A stretch of DNA of 64,000 nucleotides from a virus, in the IMG/VR virus record IMGVR_UViG_3300048014_000015, positions 1-64,000 of that record. The stretch is one strand, 5' to 3'. The notes below the pieces were generated by a model. That model did no database searches. It saw only the letters and a program-made list of their open reading frames with translations, and was not told the DNA's origin. A program made the translations under genes and the position numbers. The number at the start of each line of letters is the position of its first letter. Position 1 is the stretch's first letter. Below are positions 26,039-33,964 of this stretch, in pieces.

Positions 26039-26049
26039 AATTAACCCCC

Positions 26050-26295
26050 TTATAGATTGTTTGTCAGTAGCTTATTTACACATCCTCGTACCATTTCCGG
26101 TTCGTACTTATCAGCCATGCGGCTTCCATCGTCTTCAGATATGTACGGAAACATTAATAGGTAGCATTCGATGAATCCCTGATAAAATGCTTTTCTCATG
26201 TCCTTGAATTCAGAGGTTCCTACAAGGATTGGTCGATCATCAGAGTTATTACGTAGGAACTCCATGTACATTTCATGAATGCTTTTCATTACCAA
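26050..26295 (-). CDS. hypothetical protein
   Basis: 81-aa ORF. Its N-terminal SIHEM is shared with 25748..26038. Confidence 0.6.
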   Translation of the reverse strand: MVMKSIHEMYMEFLRNNSDDRPILVGTSEFKDMRKAFYQGFIECYLLMFPYISEDDGSRMADKYEPEMVRGCVNKLLTNNL

Positions 26296-26354
26296 TCCCT
26301 ATAGGTTTATTCTATGGGCGATAGGTGTATTATATCAGATACGTCAATAGGTTA

Positions 26355-26375
26355 TTGACAGTATCACACTGTCAA
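26355..26375. promoter_or_regulatory. symmetric TTGACAG-N7-CTGTCAA element (TTGACA on both strands)
   Basis: ttgacagtatcacactgtcaa, embedded in a larger imperfect palindrome (caataggtta...taacctattg) at 26346-26389. Confidence 0.5.
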
Positions 26376-26378
26376 TGA

Positions 26379-26573
26379 CTAACCTATTGTATTTTGAGAG
26401 AAGTGAGCCATCAACTCTACTAGCTGTTTCCGTAGTGTTTCATTAACTCTGATTGACCATGTAGAGGAACTTAGTTTAGCTTTTTCTAATAGAATTATGG
26501 CCTCTTTTAATAGTGGACGTTCCTTATCAATAGCATCTGTTAACTCATTTAAGATAGTAGTACCACTCATCAC
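26379..26573 (-). CDS. hypothetical protein (paralogue of the 25748..26038 C-terminus)
   Basis: DAIDKERPLLKEAIILLEKAKLSSSTWSIRV. Confidence 0.6.
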   Translation of the reverse strand: MMSGTTILNELTDAIDKERPLLKEAIILLEKAKLSSSTWSIRVNETLRKQLVELMAHFSQNTIG

Positions 26574-26582
26574 TATTCCCCA

Positions 26583-26837
26583 CTATTCACCATGATTCGG
26601 GTTAATCTCTTTCTCAGTTATAACACCGAATGATTTAATTTCAGATTCCCATTTCTGAATAGCTTCCTCAAACTGCCCCTCATCACCCAGTATAAACCCT
26701 AGTGTAATCACGATAGCGGAATATACAGCTTTCTTAGTCCTACCAATCTCCGTAGTCTCACTACACCTACGTTGAGCAGCAAGAAATAGATTAAAAAGTT
26801 CCATACATCTATATCTTTCACCACCTGATAAATTCAT
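26583..26837 (-). CDS. hypothetical protein
   Basis: 84-aa ORF. Weak resemblance to 26050..26295 (KKAVYSAIVITLGFILGDEG versus RKAFYQGFIECYLLMF..EDDG). Confidence 0.55.
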   Translation of the reverse strand: MNLSGGERYRCMELFNLFLAAQRRCSETTEIGRTKKAVYSAIVITLGFILGDEGQFEEAIQKWESEIKSFGVITEKEINPNHGE

Positions 26838-26877
26838 ATCAATTACCTTTACTAAGTTTATCTTTGAGTTAACTATT

Positions 26878-26916
26878 ATAGGTTAATTGTATAATATGTA
26901 TACAATTAACCTATAA
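26878..26916. repeat. 39-bp palindrome carrying the TTAACCTATA motif on both arms
   Basis: tataggttaattgtata-atatg-tatacaattaacctata, with 17-bp perfect arms. Lies between terS and the small-gene cassette. Confidence 0.85.
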
Positions 26917-26938
26917 CGAATTAACATAAAATATCATA

Positions 26939-27511
26939 CTAAGAGTTTGATACTCTAACTGCCTCAGCATCTGACTCAGGTACTACCCTCACCACCTCAG
27001 CATCTTGAACATCAATAGTATCGGAAAGTTCTTTAGGTTTGTTCACATCATTAAATGAAACACCATTAGCCTCTAACTTCAGTCTAATGGCCGCAATATC
27101 ATCAGGACTATATTTCTTCTGTTGGTTATGTTTGGAATACATACCATAGTGTTTCATTAATAGGTCTAGTGCCCCTTTAGCTGAGTGATAATCTCTATCT
27201 CGCATGGCATAGAGATAAATTCTCTTCATTTTTTCGATTACTTCTTCTTTCTCACCTTGTTTTTTAGCAATATACTTACACTCTTCTTCATCAATAATCT
27301 TTTGCACAATCAAACTTTTGAACAATTTAGCCGCACATGACTTAGCTACTTCATCCTTCATATCACCATTTTCATCAAAAACAGCCCTATAAGCCCTACC
27401 TGTATCATAGTCAATTAGGTATTCTCGAGCAAACCGCTCATGTCTACGCTCAATTACAGTTTTATTATTATTTTTCTGTAACATCTTAACAACGAGATTA
27501 TCCATAGCCAT
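26939..27511 (-). CDS. terS: terminase small subunit (Terminase_2-like)
   Basis: RHERFAREYLIDYDTGRAYRAVF...AAKLFKSLIVQKIIDEE resembles the conserved N-terminal HTH region of Terminase_2 small subunits. Confidence 0.7.
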   Translation of the reverse strand: MAMDNLVVKMLQKNNNKTVIERRHERFAREYLIDYDTGRAYRAVFDENGDMKDEVAKSCAAKLFKSLIVQKIIDEEECKYIAKKQGEKEEVIEKMKRIYLYAMRDRDYHSAKGALDLLMKHYGMYSKHNQQKKYSPDDIAAIRLKLEANGVSFNDVNKPKELSDTIDVQDAEVVRVVPESDAEAVRVSNS

Positions 27512-27527
27512 AATCCTCTTAAAAGTA

Positions 27528-27540
27528 CTATAGGTTAAAT
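27528..27540 (-). promoter_or_regulatory. TTAACCTATAG leader motif upstream of terS
   Basis: Gene-sense ATTTAACCTATAG lies 16 nt upstream of the ATG at 27511, followed by AAGAGGA. Confidence 0.5.
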
Positions 27541-27560
27541 AATACTACCTTAATTATAAC

Positions 27561-28211
27561 CTATTCCTCAATCTCAGCTTTAAGCCTAACAATCGTACTC
27601 TGTACATCCTGTAATCGTGGACACCCCGGAAGAAACCACCTACCATCTATCAAACTCTTCAATAAATTATACGTGTCAATAAGAACTGGAGAACAACCCT
27701 CTTTAGGATTAAGTTTACTTGTTGGTGGTGCGTACGATATAACAGCATTAGGATTAGAATTAGCATTAGTAACGCTTGATTCCATATCCGAGAGTTTCGT
27801 AGTTGGCCGGAAACTCTCCATAGGATTCCACATACGTAGGTTACTCTCTGGAACGATAACATCCCTTCTAACAGGTGGTACAGCCATTGCGGTAAACTCT
27901 GTACTACCCTGATTAGCTGGCACCAAACCTTGACCATTCATGATAGCTTTAAAAGCACTCTGTAATTGTACAGCTTGATCCGCTGATATACCTTTAGGTA
28001 ATTCCAGCATCTGTGGGGAGTTAACAGAATCAGAATTCATAGGTTTAACTCCGCTATCTCCTTCAGCAGTTCCGATAATAACTTTATCCATATTATTTAT
28101 TGCAAACTTATCAAAATCTGATAGTTCTCGCTTGGGCGGACCACTAGAACCACCATTAGGTACAGTACCACCCTTTAATGGTGCAGGCTTCTCAACAGGC
28201 ATGACAACCAC
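27561..28211 (-). CDS. hypothetical protein
   Basis: 216-aa ORF. The internal overlapping ORFs on both strands look spurious. Confidence 0.6.
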   Translation of the reverse strand: MVVMPVEKPAPLKGGTVPNGGSSGPPKRELSDFDKFAINNMDKVIIGTAEGDSGVKPMNSDSVNSPQMLELPKGISADQAVQLQSAFKAIMNGQGLVPANQGSTEFTAMAVPPVRRDVIVPESNLRMWNPMESFRPTTKLSDMESSVTNANSNPNAVISYAPPTSKLNPKEGCSPVLIDTYNLLKSLIDGRWFLPGCPRLQDVQSTIVRLKAEIEE

Positions 28212-28257
28212 CCCTTATAATATGTTAGAGTTAGAAACAACTAGACAACAACCTAAA

Positions 28258-30678
28258 CTATACAATGTTGTTTAGGTTATATTCCTGACCTATTGACCTA
28301 ACTTGATTGTATAACGTCTTAAATGCACTTGTCAAGCGGAATCTAGCAGTTCTTACAGGAAATGGCAGATGGGTCGGAACATATTGTTCCATAACACCGA
28401 TCCTAGGTAAGTACATTAACAAAGATTCCATATCCCTTAAATTTTTACCACACCTACTAGCTAAAGTCTTAGGCTCTAACCCCTCATCTCCATCACTACT
28501 AGCATCTAACAACACCCTCACTAAATCCATAGCCCAACCATCGCTGGTATCTAGTGCAACCTTATAGGTTATTGCAACTACCTGCCTATCTATAGGTCGT
28601 TGCATTACCAAAGCTAAAAACCTAATGAGTTTTACTAGTTGCTTTGATACACGAGCAGGGAGAGACTTTTCAGCAAAGCTTTCTAGACTGGAATTCCTGG
28701 ATGGTCTGCCTCTCATACGCTCAATAAACTTAGCTAATGTACCTAGCTTTACTAACACATCATATGGAACCCCAGGTAAGGTAAGACTATTAGTATCTAC
28801 ACCTAACCTAAGATAGTTTATATATCCGCCAGTTAGTTGTCTAGCTCTGAGATAGTCAGGGTTATCTACACTCTCAGCAGAACCAGTTACTACACCTGAC
28901 CCAGCTTGTTCTTGCATAGCTTTCATAACAATGTCGTCTTCTAACCTATCACTAATTCCCTTTACAATTATATAGTCAATAAATCTTGGACCTAGTTCGG
29001 TATCGTCAAAGTATTTAATCCGTGGAGTACCAGCTAATAACCACGTTCCCCGCCAACCTGAGTACGACCGTTTAATTGAGTTATTGTACACTTTTTCAAT
29101 CTCTCCATCATATATAGCCCTAGCTTGTCCTATTATCTCCTCTGCTCTAGGATGAGTAACAAGTGTTGCGCCTTCCTTGGTAATCAAACATTTGTCGAAC
29201 CATCGAGCTACTAAAGAATGATCCTTACCATCTCCCAAATCCATACCTGAAAAGAAACCATTCATACCATCGTTAAGTATTGTATAACGATCATTTGTTC
29301 CTAGTGCTTTACACAATTGAGATTTATAGGTTGATGGCGGAGATACTAACCTAACCCAAAGAGGCTCACCAACTCCTCTGACAGAGCTAACACAAGCGAG
29401 CGAAACAGCCAGGGCACCATGTAACTCGGGTGTCCACTTAGCCGCTAACTTGAATGAGTCTGTTAGCTCATTCCACGAATTACACTCAATAGGTCTAATT
29501 CGACCAACACCAACATTAGAACCACTACTAGAATTATTTGAACTACTAGAACTTGAACCTACAGGAGTATTAGAACTAAGCAACCATTCACCAGGAACAG
29601 GACGAACATAAGACAGCAATTTACCTATATCCTTTCCATCTTTAATCCAATCCCTCACATCGTATTTATCAGGTATATCTGGATCATATCCCTTACCGTC
29701 TAAATTCCAATCCAACCACGACACGGACAAGGGATGACTTGAACTATCATTCTGACTAGCCATTATTCCTACAGCACGTTTAGTACCTGATAGTGATGGT
29801 TGATAGGTAGTCTTAGTCTTCTCGTTAACCTTTGGATGGTCGTTATCGTATAGAAAAACAACATGCTTATTAGCAATATACCTAACCCAACCCTTATTGA
29901 ATATCCCACACCCTGGAACACCTATCACCACATAATTACCGTTAGGTTTATTCCTCTCAAAAGAACTACCTGTATTTGAACCTAACACACTATCTAAAGC
30001 TACAGCATCCCAAACACCCTCACAGATATATATGGTTTCAGCTTCTTGTAGTTCCGTAGTGATGGCAGAACTACCGTTAACTATTCTAGGCAGATGGATA
30101 CCGTGAGATTCACCCTCAGTGAATCCGGGAGTAATCCACAGTTCGTACCGTGGGGTTCCATCAGGTTTATTCTTCTGACGAGTACGGCGATATAATTGAA
30201 CTATGTTCGGTGGGTGCTTTACCCCATATCCAGGTACTAGCCAATCACCAGTAATAACGCTCTTACATATACCCCATCGTCTGAGAGACTCAACAGATAG
30301 CCTTCTATCCGTGGATAGCTCTTGATAGTCTATAGGTTTGGTATTGGTGTAGGAAATTCTCCACAAATATTTGATAAAACCGTAGTGATTACCTGTGATC
30401 GGGTCGTTCTTATCATCTTTGTACTGATCCTGCCAGTTGCAAACCTTACAATCACTCCGAGAGGTGTTTGTATCGATGTAAAATTTAGGCTTATCACAGA
30501 ACGGACAAATAGCCAACCACTCTCGGGTATCTCTGCGAACAAACTCGACACCATGGAACCGATAGGGGAAGATAGCCCTAGGCTCTGTGGTGGGGTTCCC
30601 ACTACTACTACTAGCTGACTGGCTCTGTGATAGGTTTGCAGCAGGGATACTAGGGGTAGGGGTATCTTTCTGTGGCAC
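28258..30678 (-). CDS. DNA primase (zinc finger + TOPRIM) with a large C-terminal helicase-like/unknown domain
   Basis: CPFC...x17...CKVC zinc motif. TOPRIM residues IYICEGVWDAVAL and FLYDNDHP. The C-terminal 400 aa have only a degenerate P-loop-like SPPSTYKS. Confidence 0.8.
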   Translation of the reverse strand: MPQKDTPTPSIPAANLSQSQSASSSSGNPTTEPRAIFPYRFHGVEFVRRDTREWLAICPFCDKPKFYIDTNTSRSDCKVCNWQDQYKDDKNDPITGNHYGFIKYLWRISYTNTKPIDYQELSTDRRLSVESLRRWGICKSVITGDWLVPGYGVKHPPNIVQLYRRTRQKNKPDGTPRYELWITPGFTEGESHGIHLPRIVNGSSAITTELQEAETIYICEGVWDAVALDSVLGSNTGSSFERNKPNGNYVVIGVPGCGIFNKGWVRYIANKHVVFLYDNDHPKVNEKTKTTYQPSLSGTKRAVGIMASQNDSSSHPLSVSWLDWNLDGKGYDPDIPDKYDVRDWIKDGKDIGKLLSYVRPVPGEWLLSSNTPVGSSSSSSNNSSSGSNVGVGRIRPIECNSWNELTDSFKLAAKWTPELHGALAVSLACVSSVRGVGEPLWVRLVSPPSTYKSQLCKALGTNDRYTILNDGMNGFFSGMDLGDGKDHSLVARWFDKCLITKEGATLVTHPRAEEIIGQARAIYDGEIEKVYNNSIKRSYSGWRGTWLLAGTPRIKYFDDTELGPRFIDYIIVKGISDRLEDDIVMKAMQEQAGSGVVTGSAESVDNPDYLRARQLTGGYINYLRLGVDTNSLTLPGVPYDVLVKLGTLAKFIERMRGRPSRNSSLESFAEKSLPARVSKQLVKLIRFLALVMQRPIDRQVVAITYKVALDTSDGWAMDLVRVLLDASSDGDEGLEPKTLASRCGKNLRDMESLLMYLPRIGVMEQYVPTHLPFPVRTARFRLTSAFKTLYNQVRSIGQEYNLNNIV

Positions 30679-30826
30679 TTTGGTACTACCTCTCTCGTAA
30701 AAACTGGGGTCGGTAAACAGTCGTGGAGAATTTTTCGGAAACTTTTTTCCTGCTCAAAAACACTGGAATTTCTGGCGTATTCGCAGATTCCGAAAGAGCA
30801 TTAGGTGAAAAAACAAACTCCTGATA

Positions 30827-30855
30827 TTGACAGTTAGCAGCTGTCGGCTTAAAAA
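30827..30855 (+). promoter_or_regulatory. sigma70-like promoter with dyad (TTGACAG-N7-CTGTC), -10 TAAAAA
   Basis: TTGACA 30827-30832, 17-nt spacer, TAAAAA 30850-30855. Faces the GC-rich island. Confidence 0.55.
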
Positions 30856-30884
30856 GATCTTACCACAGTGGTCAAGGTGATCCA

Positions 30885-30928
30885 CTGGGGGAATTAACCT
30901 ATCACAGTTTTGAGGGGAAGTCATGGCA
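30885..30928 (+). repeat. partial copy of the island cassette-boundary repeat
   Basis: ctggggaattaacctatcacagttttgaggggaagtcatggca is identical to 31222-31265, including RBS, ATG and the first codons (MAR). Confidence 0.85.
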
Positions 30929-31159
30929 AGGGCACTGGTCAACGCGAACGAGTTCATCGGTCGCAACGCGAAGATGGACGCTCTGCTCCGATACGTCTTC
31001 GAGACCTGTGAAAGGCCGCACGGCCTCAATCCGGGCACGCTTCAGGTCTGGGAGGCGATGATGTTCCTTGGTGTCGTGAACTGCGGTGCAGACGGCCGAG
31101 CATGGCTTTCTGAGGGCGGCAAGGAACTGTTCAAGCTGGCGGATCGTGGGTCAAGGTGA
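30923..31159 (+). CDS. hypothetical protein (GC-rich island ORF A, 78 aa)
   Basis: GAGGGGA RBS 5 nt upstream of the ATG. GC-rich codon usage unlike the backbone. Confidence 0.6.
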   Translation: MARALVNANEFIGRNAKMDALLRYVFETCERPHGLNPGTLQVWEAMMFLGVVNCGADGRAWLSEGGKELFKLADRGSR

Positions 31160-31164
31160 GTAAA

Positions 31165-31245
31165 AACAGGTGTGACCAGCGGCAGGTAGGTGCAAGCCCT
31201 ATCCACACCTCTCCCCAATGTCTGGGGAATTAACCTATCACAGTT
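31165..31245 (+). repeat. 81-bp cassette-boundary repeat, copy 1
   Basis: aacaggtgtgaccagcggcaggtaggtgcaagccctatccacacctctccccaatgtctggggaattaacctatcacagtt. One mismatch to 32258-32338. Contains AGGTGTG/CACACCT and CCCCA/TGGGG stems. Confidence 0.9.
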
Positions 31246-31258
31246 TTGAGGGGAAGTC

Positions 31259-32245
31259 ATGGCACGGGTCGAACAGTACTTGCCGGTTGGAACAGTGGTC
31301 ACCGCTCGCCCACAGGGAGGAAAGGCGATTGAATGGACCACAAAAAGGGAGGTGACAATCGCGGATCATGTCCAACAGGATTGCCCGCTCGGGGGCAAGA
31401 CAAAAACCCTCACCGGAACTTTTCTTCGCGACCGTCAATGCACGGTCAGCGGTGTGGAAATTTGGTTCTCGGCCCGATCACTCCGTCAGAGAATCGCGGT
31501 GGACAAGTGGGAGGTCTGTGATGATGCATACAACCACCAACTCACCAAAATCGACTACGATATCCCGACTTCTTTGGGGCAGGCGTACGCAGTGAGCGTA
31601 GCCGCTGAACTCCACAAAATTGGTGTCCGTTCATCAAATTCCTGTTGGTTTGTCCGCACCGGAGATACTCCCTACTATCTGTTAGGAGAGATGGAAGAGA
31701 TGGGCGTACGCAAAGTTAGTGCCGACAGGATTGACCCATCAGAGACAAAAAAGTTGATTGCTCGAATGATAGTCGAATTGTCCGAGCAAGTAGAAAAATA
31801 CGTTCGGGGGGCTAATGAGACTCTCGTGTCGGCAACGGCGAAGTTGCAAGAGTCACAAGAGAATGGAATAGATGAGGAGAAGGCGGTCAACGACTGCCTG
31901 ATAGCTGCTAAAGCTTTGGAAAAGAGGTTGGAAAAATACAAGGAACAAATGCTCGCTGGAGCGAACAAACTGGGGATTCGCTCTTCGGCATGGAATGCTG
32001 ACAGGCTATCACAGATTGCTCAGGTGACGGGCAGTGAGCTACGAAAACGGGCAGCAGCATACAAACGAGCGGCGGATATCCTAGTGCAGAGTACAGATAC
32101 TGATTTGCACGCGGCTGGCATAGTCGCACAAGTATCAGCCCTACCAGCGGGGGTCATGGCTGATATTCTTCGCGAAGCTGGACATGAATCGGCAGCGGAA
32201 GAATTGACCGCTGAATACTCACTCCTGGATACACTGGGTGATTAG
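31259..32245 (+). CDS. hypothetical protein (island ORF B, 328 aa, C-terminal coiled-coil-like half)
   Basis: Same leader and RBS as ORF A. Long ORF in the only sensible frame. No recognisable motif. Confidence 0.7.
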   Translation: MARVEQYLPVGTVVTARPQGGKAIEWTTKREVTIADHVQQDCPLGGKTKTLTGTFLRDRQCTVSGVEIWFSARSLRQRIAVDKWEVCDDAYNHQLTKIDYDIPTSLGQAYAVSVAAELHKIGVRSSNSCWFVRTGDTPYYLLGEMEEMGVRKVSADRIDPSETKKLIARMIVELSEQVEKYVRGANETLVSATAKLQESQENGIDEEKAVNDCLIAAKALEKRLEKYKEQMLAGANKLGIRSSAWNADRLSQIAQVTGSELRKRAAAYKRAADILVQSTDTDLHAAGIVAQVSALPAGVMADILREAGHESAAEELTAEYSLLDTLGD

Positions 32246-32257
32246 TACAGGAGTTAG

Positions 32258-32338
32258 AACAGGTGTGACCAGCGGCAGGTAGGTGCAAGCCCTACCCACA
32301 CCTCTCCCCAATGTCTGGGGAATTAACCTATCACAGTT
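32258..32338 (+). repeat. 81-bp cassette-boundary repeat, copy 2
   Basis: Identical to 31165-31245 except one base (t/c). Followed by a 7-bp duplication (cacagtt). Confidence 0.9.
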
Positions 32339-32374
32339 CACAGTTTTGAGCAACCCCTGACTGGAGACTGACCC

Positions 32375-32692
32375 GTGACGACCGACACCATGACCATGAC
32401 CCTGCAATCGTTCCTCGCCGAGCATGCGATCTGCCGCGTGTGGTACGCGAGCGTCGCGTCCCCCGGCGGGAGCGAGTTGGTTCTCAACACCGACGACGAC
32501 TACTGCGACTCGCAATCTCTGCTGGAGACACCGCCGGTCCCGGCAGCCCTCGACCTGGGGGGCACCGTGACCCGCGACGCGGACGGCGAGTACCGCTGGA
32601 AGGTCGATTCGCTCGCGGGCGTGGACTTGCGGGACTGCGCCAGGTCCACCGTCTACGACCTGACCGTCTGGGGCGATGTCATTCAGGGCTGA
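32375..32692 (+). CDS. hypothetical protein (island ORF C, ~105 aa, very GC-rich)
   Basis: GTG start 9 nt after GGAGA; alternative ATGs at 32390 and 32396. Strong GC3 bias in this frame only. Confidence 0.6.
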   Translation: MTTDTMTMTLQSFLAEHAICRVWYASVASPGGSELVLNTDDDYCDSQSLLETPPVPAALDLGGTVTRDADGEYRWKVDSLAGVDLRDCARSTVYDLTVWGDVIQG

Positions 32693-33031
32693 CGACGACC
32701 GTCGCGAACACTATACGGACGGAGACCCGATCTACTCCGTCTGCAACCGCGACACGAATATTACTATCCTACTATCCTATCGTACATCATGTATAGGGTG
32801 TGTATCTCTGTGGGTGTCCAATGAATGTCAGACTATTAGAGAAGCTGTCGATCAGTGGCTAACTCACGGAGGGAGTGAGTGAGAAGACGGCTTACCAGGA
32901 AGTGGGATGAGGGTGGGGTTGTTGCCCTGCCCCCTTTAATCGTTTACAGGATGCTTCAGGATCGACGATCTACGTGCTGTGTGTGAAATCACTCAGGGGG
33001 ATAGCTCGAATCGATCCTGGAGTGAGTAAAC

Positions 33032-33925
33032 CTAACAGTAGGTAGAGTGGGGAGCAGGGAGCACTATAGGACGACACCTAGAACGTCTGATTAGATTAGA
33101 ATTAGATAAACGATCATTAGACTTATTAGTTTTAGAATGATCTATCTTAGAGTGCCCTACTTTAGAATGATCTACTTTAGAATCATCATCACTATTTGGT
33201 ATACCCCCTAACTTACCTATAACTAATTTATGTACTAATTTACGTATACCATCTTGAGCATTGTGTCCCATACTCCTTAACTTACGAATCTCTATAGGTG
33301 ATAACCAGGTAGTAACTGGTTTCTTCTTTTTATTAGGACTAATTTTAGGTTTACTATACTGTTTTAAACCTAACACAGTATTAGATTTGGTACTGTGTGG
33401 TAAACCGCATCGCTTTTGAGCGGTGGTTAGTACGACCCTCCTGGATTTCATATACCGCATCGCTGTATCTGATCGTCCCATCTTCATTGCGGCATCTAAT
33501 AGTTTTTTCCTACGATGTTCTGGTAGATTACCAAACTCATGAGCCGCTTCATCATCTAAACTTCTTCTACTACTATGTACTCTAGAATTAGCTGCGAGTG
33601 GTGGACCAACATCTGGTCCATGATGCATCCTAGCAAACCAATCTCCAGGTAGTTCGTCAGGTTGTGGTATATCTGTGTCATCGTATAACCAGTATCTCCA
33701 TCTATGGGGTATAAATGGTCCCTCTGAATAAAGATTATGATGTTCTTCAGGTTCACCACGATCACTATAAGCAGTAGGTATTTTACGCATTAAACCTAAT
33801 GCACGATAACCTTTTGCTCTTGGATCACCAATCTCCTCTAAGTGGTCAGCTAGTACCATCCTGGTATGATGGTCATCTGGATGTTGGTCTAAGTGAGCCT
33901 GCATAGCTTCTTCTGTATCTGTCAT
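33032..33925 (-). CDS. TIGR02996-like domain protein
   Basis: N-terminus EEAMQAHLDQHPDDHHTRMVLADHLEEIGDPRAKGYRALG. Confidence 0.75.
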   Translation of the reverse strand: MTDTEEAMQAHLDQHPDDHHTRMVLADHLEEIGDPRAKGYRALGLMRKIPTAYSDRGEPEEHHNLYSEGPFIPHRWRYWLYDDTDIPQPDELPGDWFARMHHGPDVGPPLAANSRVHSSRRSLDDEAAHEFGNLPEHRRKKLLDAAMKMGRSDTAMRYMKSRRVVLTTAQKRCGLPHSTKSNTVLGLKQYSKPKISPNKKKKPVTTWLSPIEIRKLRSMGHNAQDGIRKLVHKLVIGKLGGIPNSDDDSKVDHSKVGHSKIDHSKTNKSNDRLSNSNLIRRSRCRPIVLPAPHSTYC

Positions 33926-33964
33926 ATCTGCACCAACACTTTCTTGAAAGAAATAATATATAGG

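Noticed and set aside
30885-32338. The 81-bp repeats as CRISPR repeats or IS/MITE terminal repeats.
   Set aside because: There are only 2.5 copies. They are direct rather than inverted. They are separated by ORFs of 237 and 987 bp and include RBS and start codon. No transposase or target-site duplication was seen.
30754-32796. Many ORFs in the track inside the GC-rich island: 30754..31038, 31042..31341, 31238..31438, 31333..31521, 31368..31595, 31675..31968, 31908..32129, 32219..32515 and 32440..32796.
   Set aside because: They are antisense or off-frame to the three coherent plus-strand ORFs. They are Arg/Pro/Ser-rich, lack RBS and leader, and are typical open-frame artefacts of GC-rich DNA.
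32676-32882. 68-aa plus-strand ORF after island ORF C.
   Set aside because: It overlaps the end of ORF C, has no RBS or leader motif, and spans a composition change. It is not impossible, but it is unsupported.
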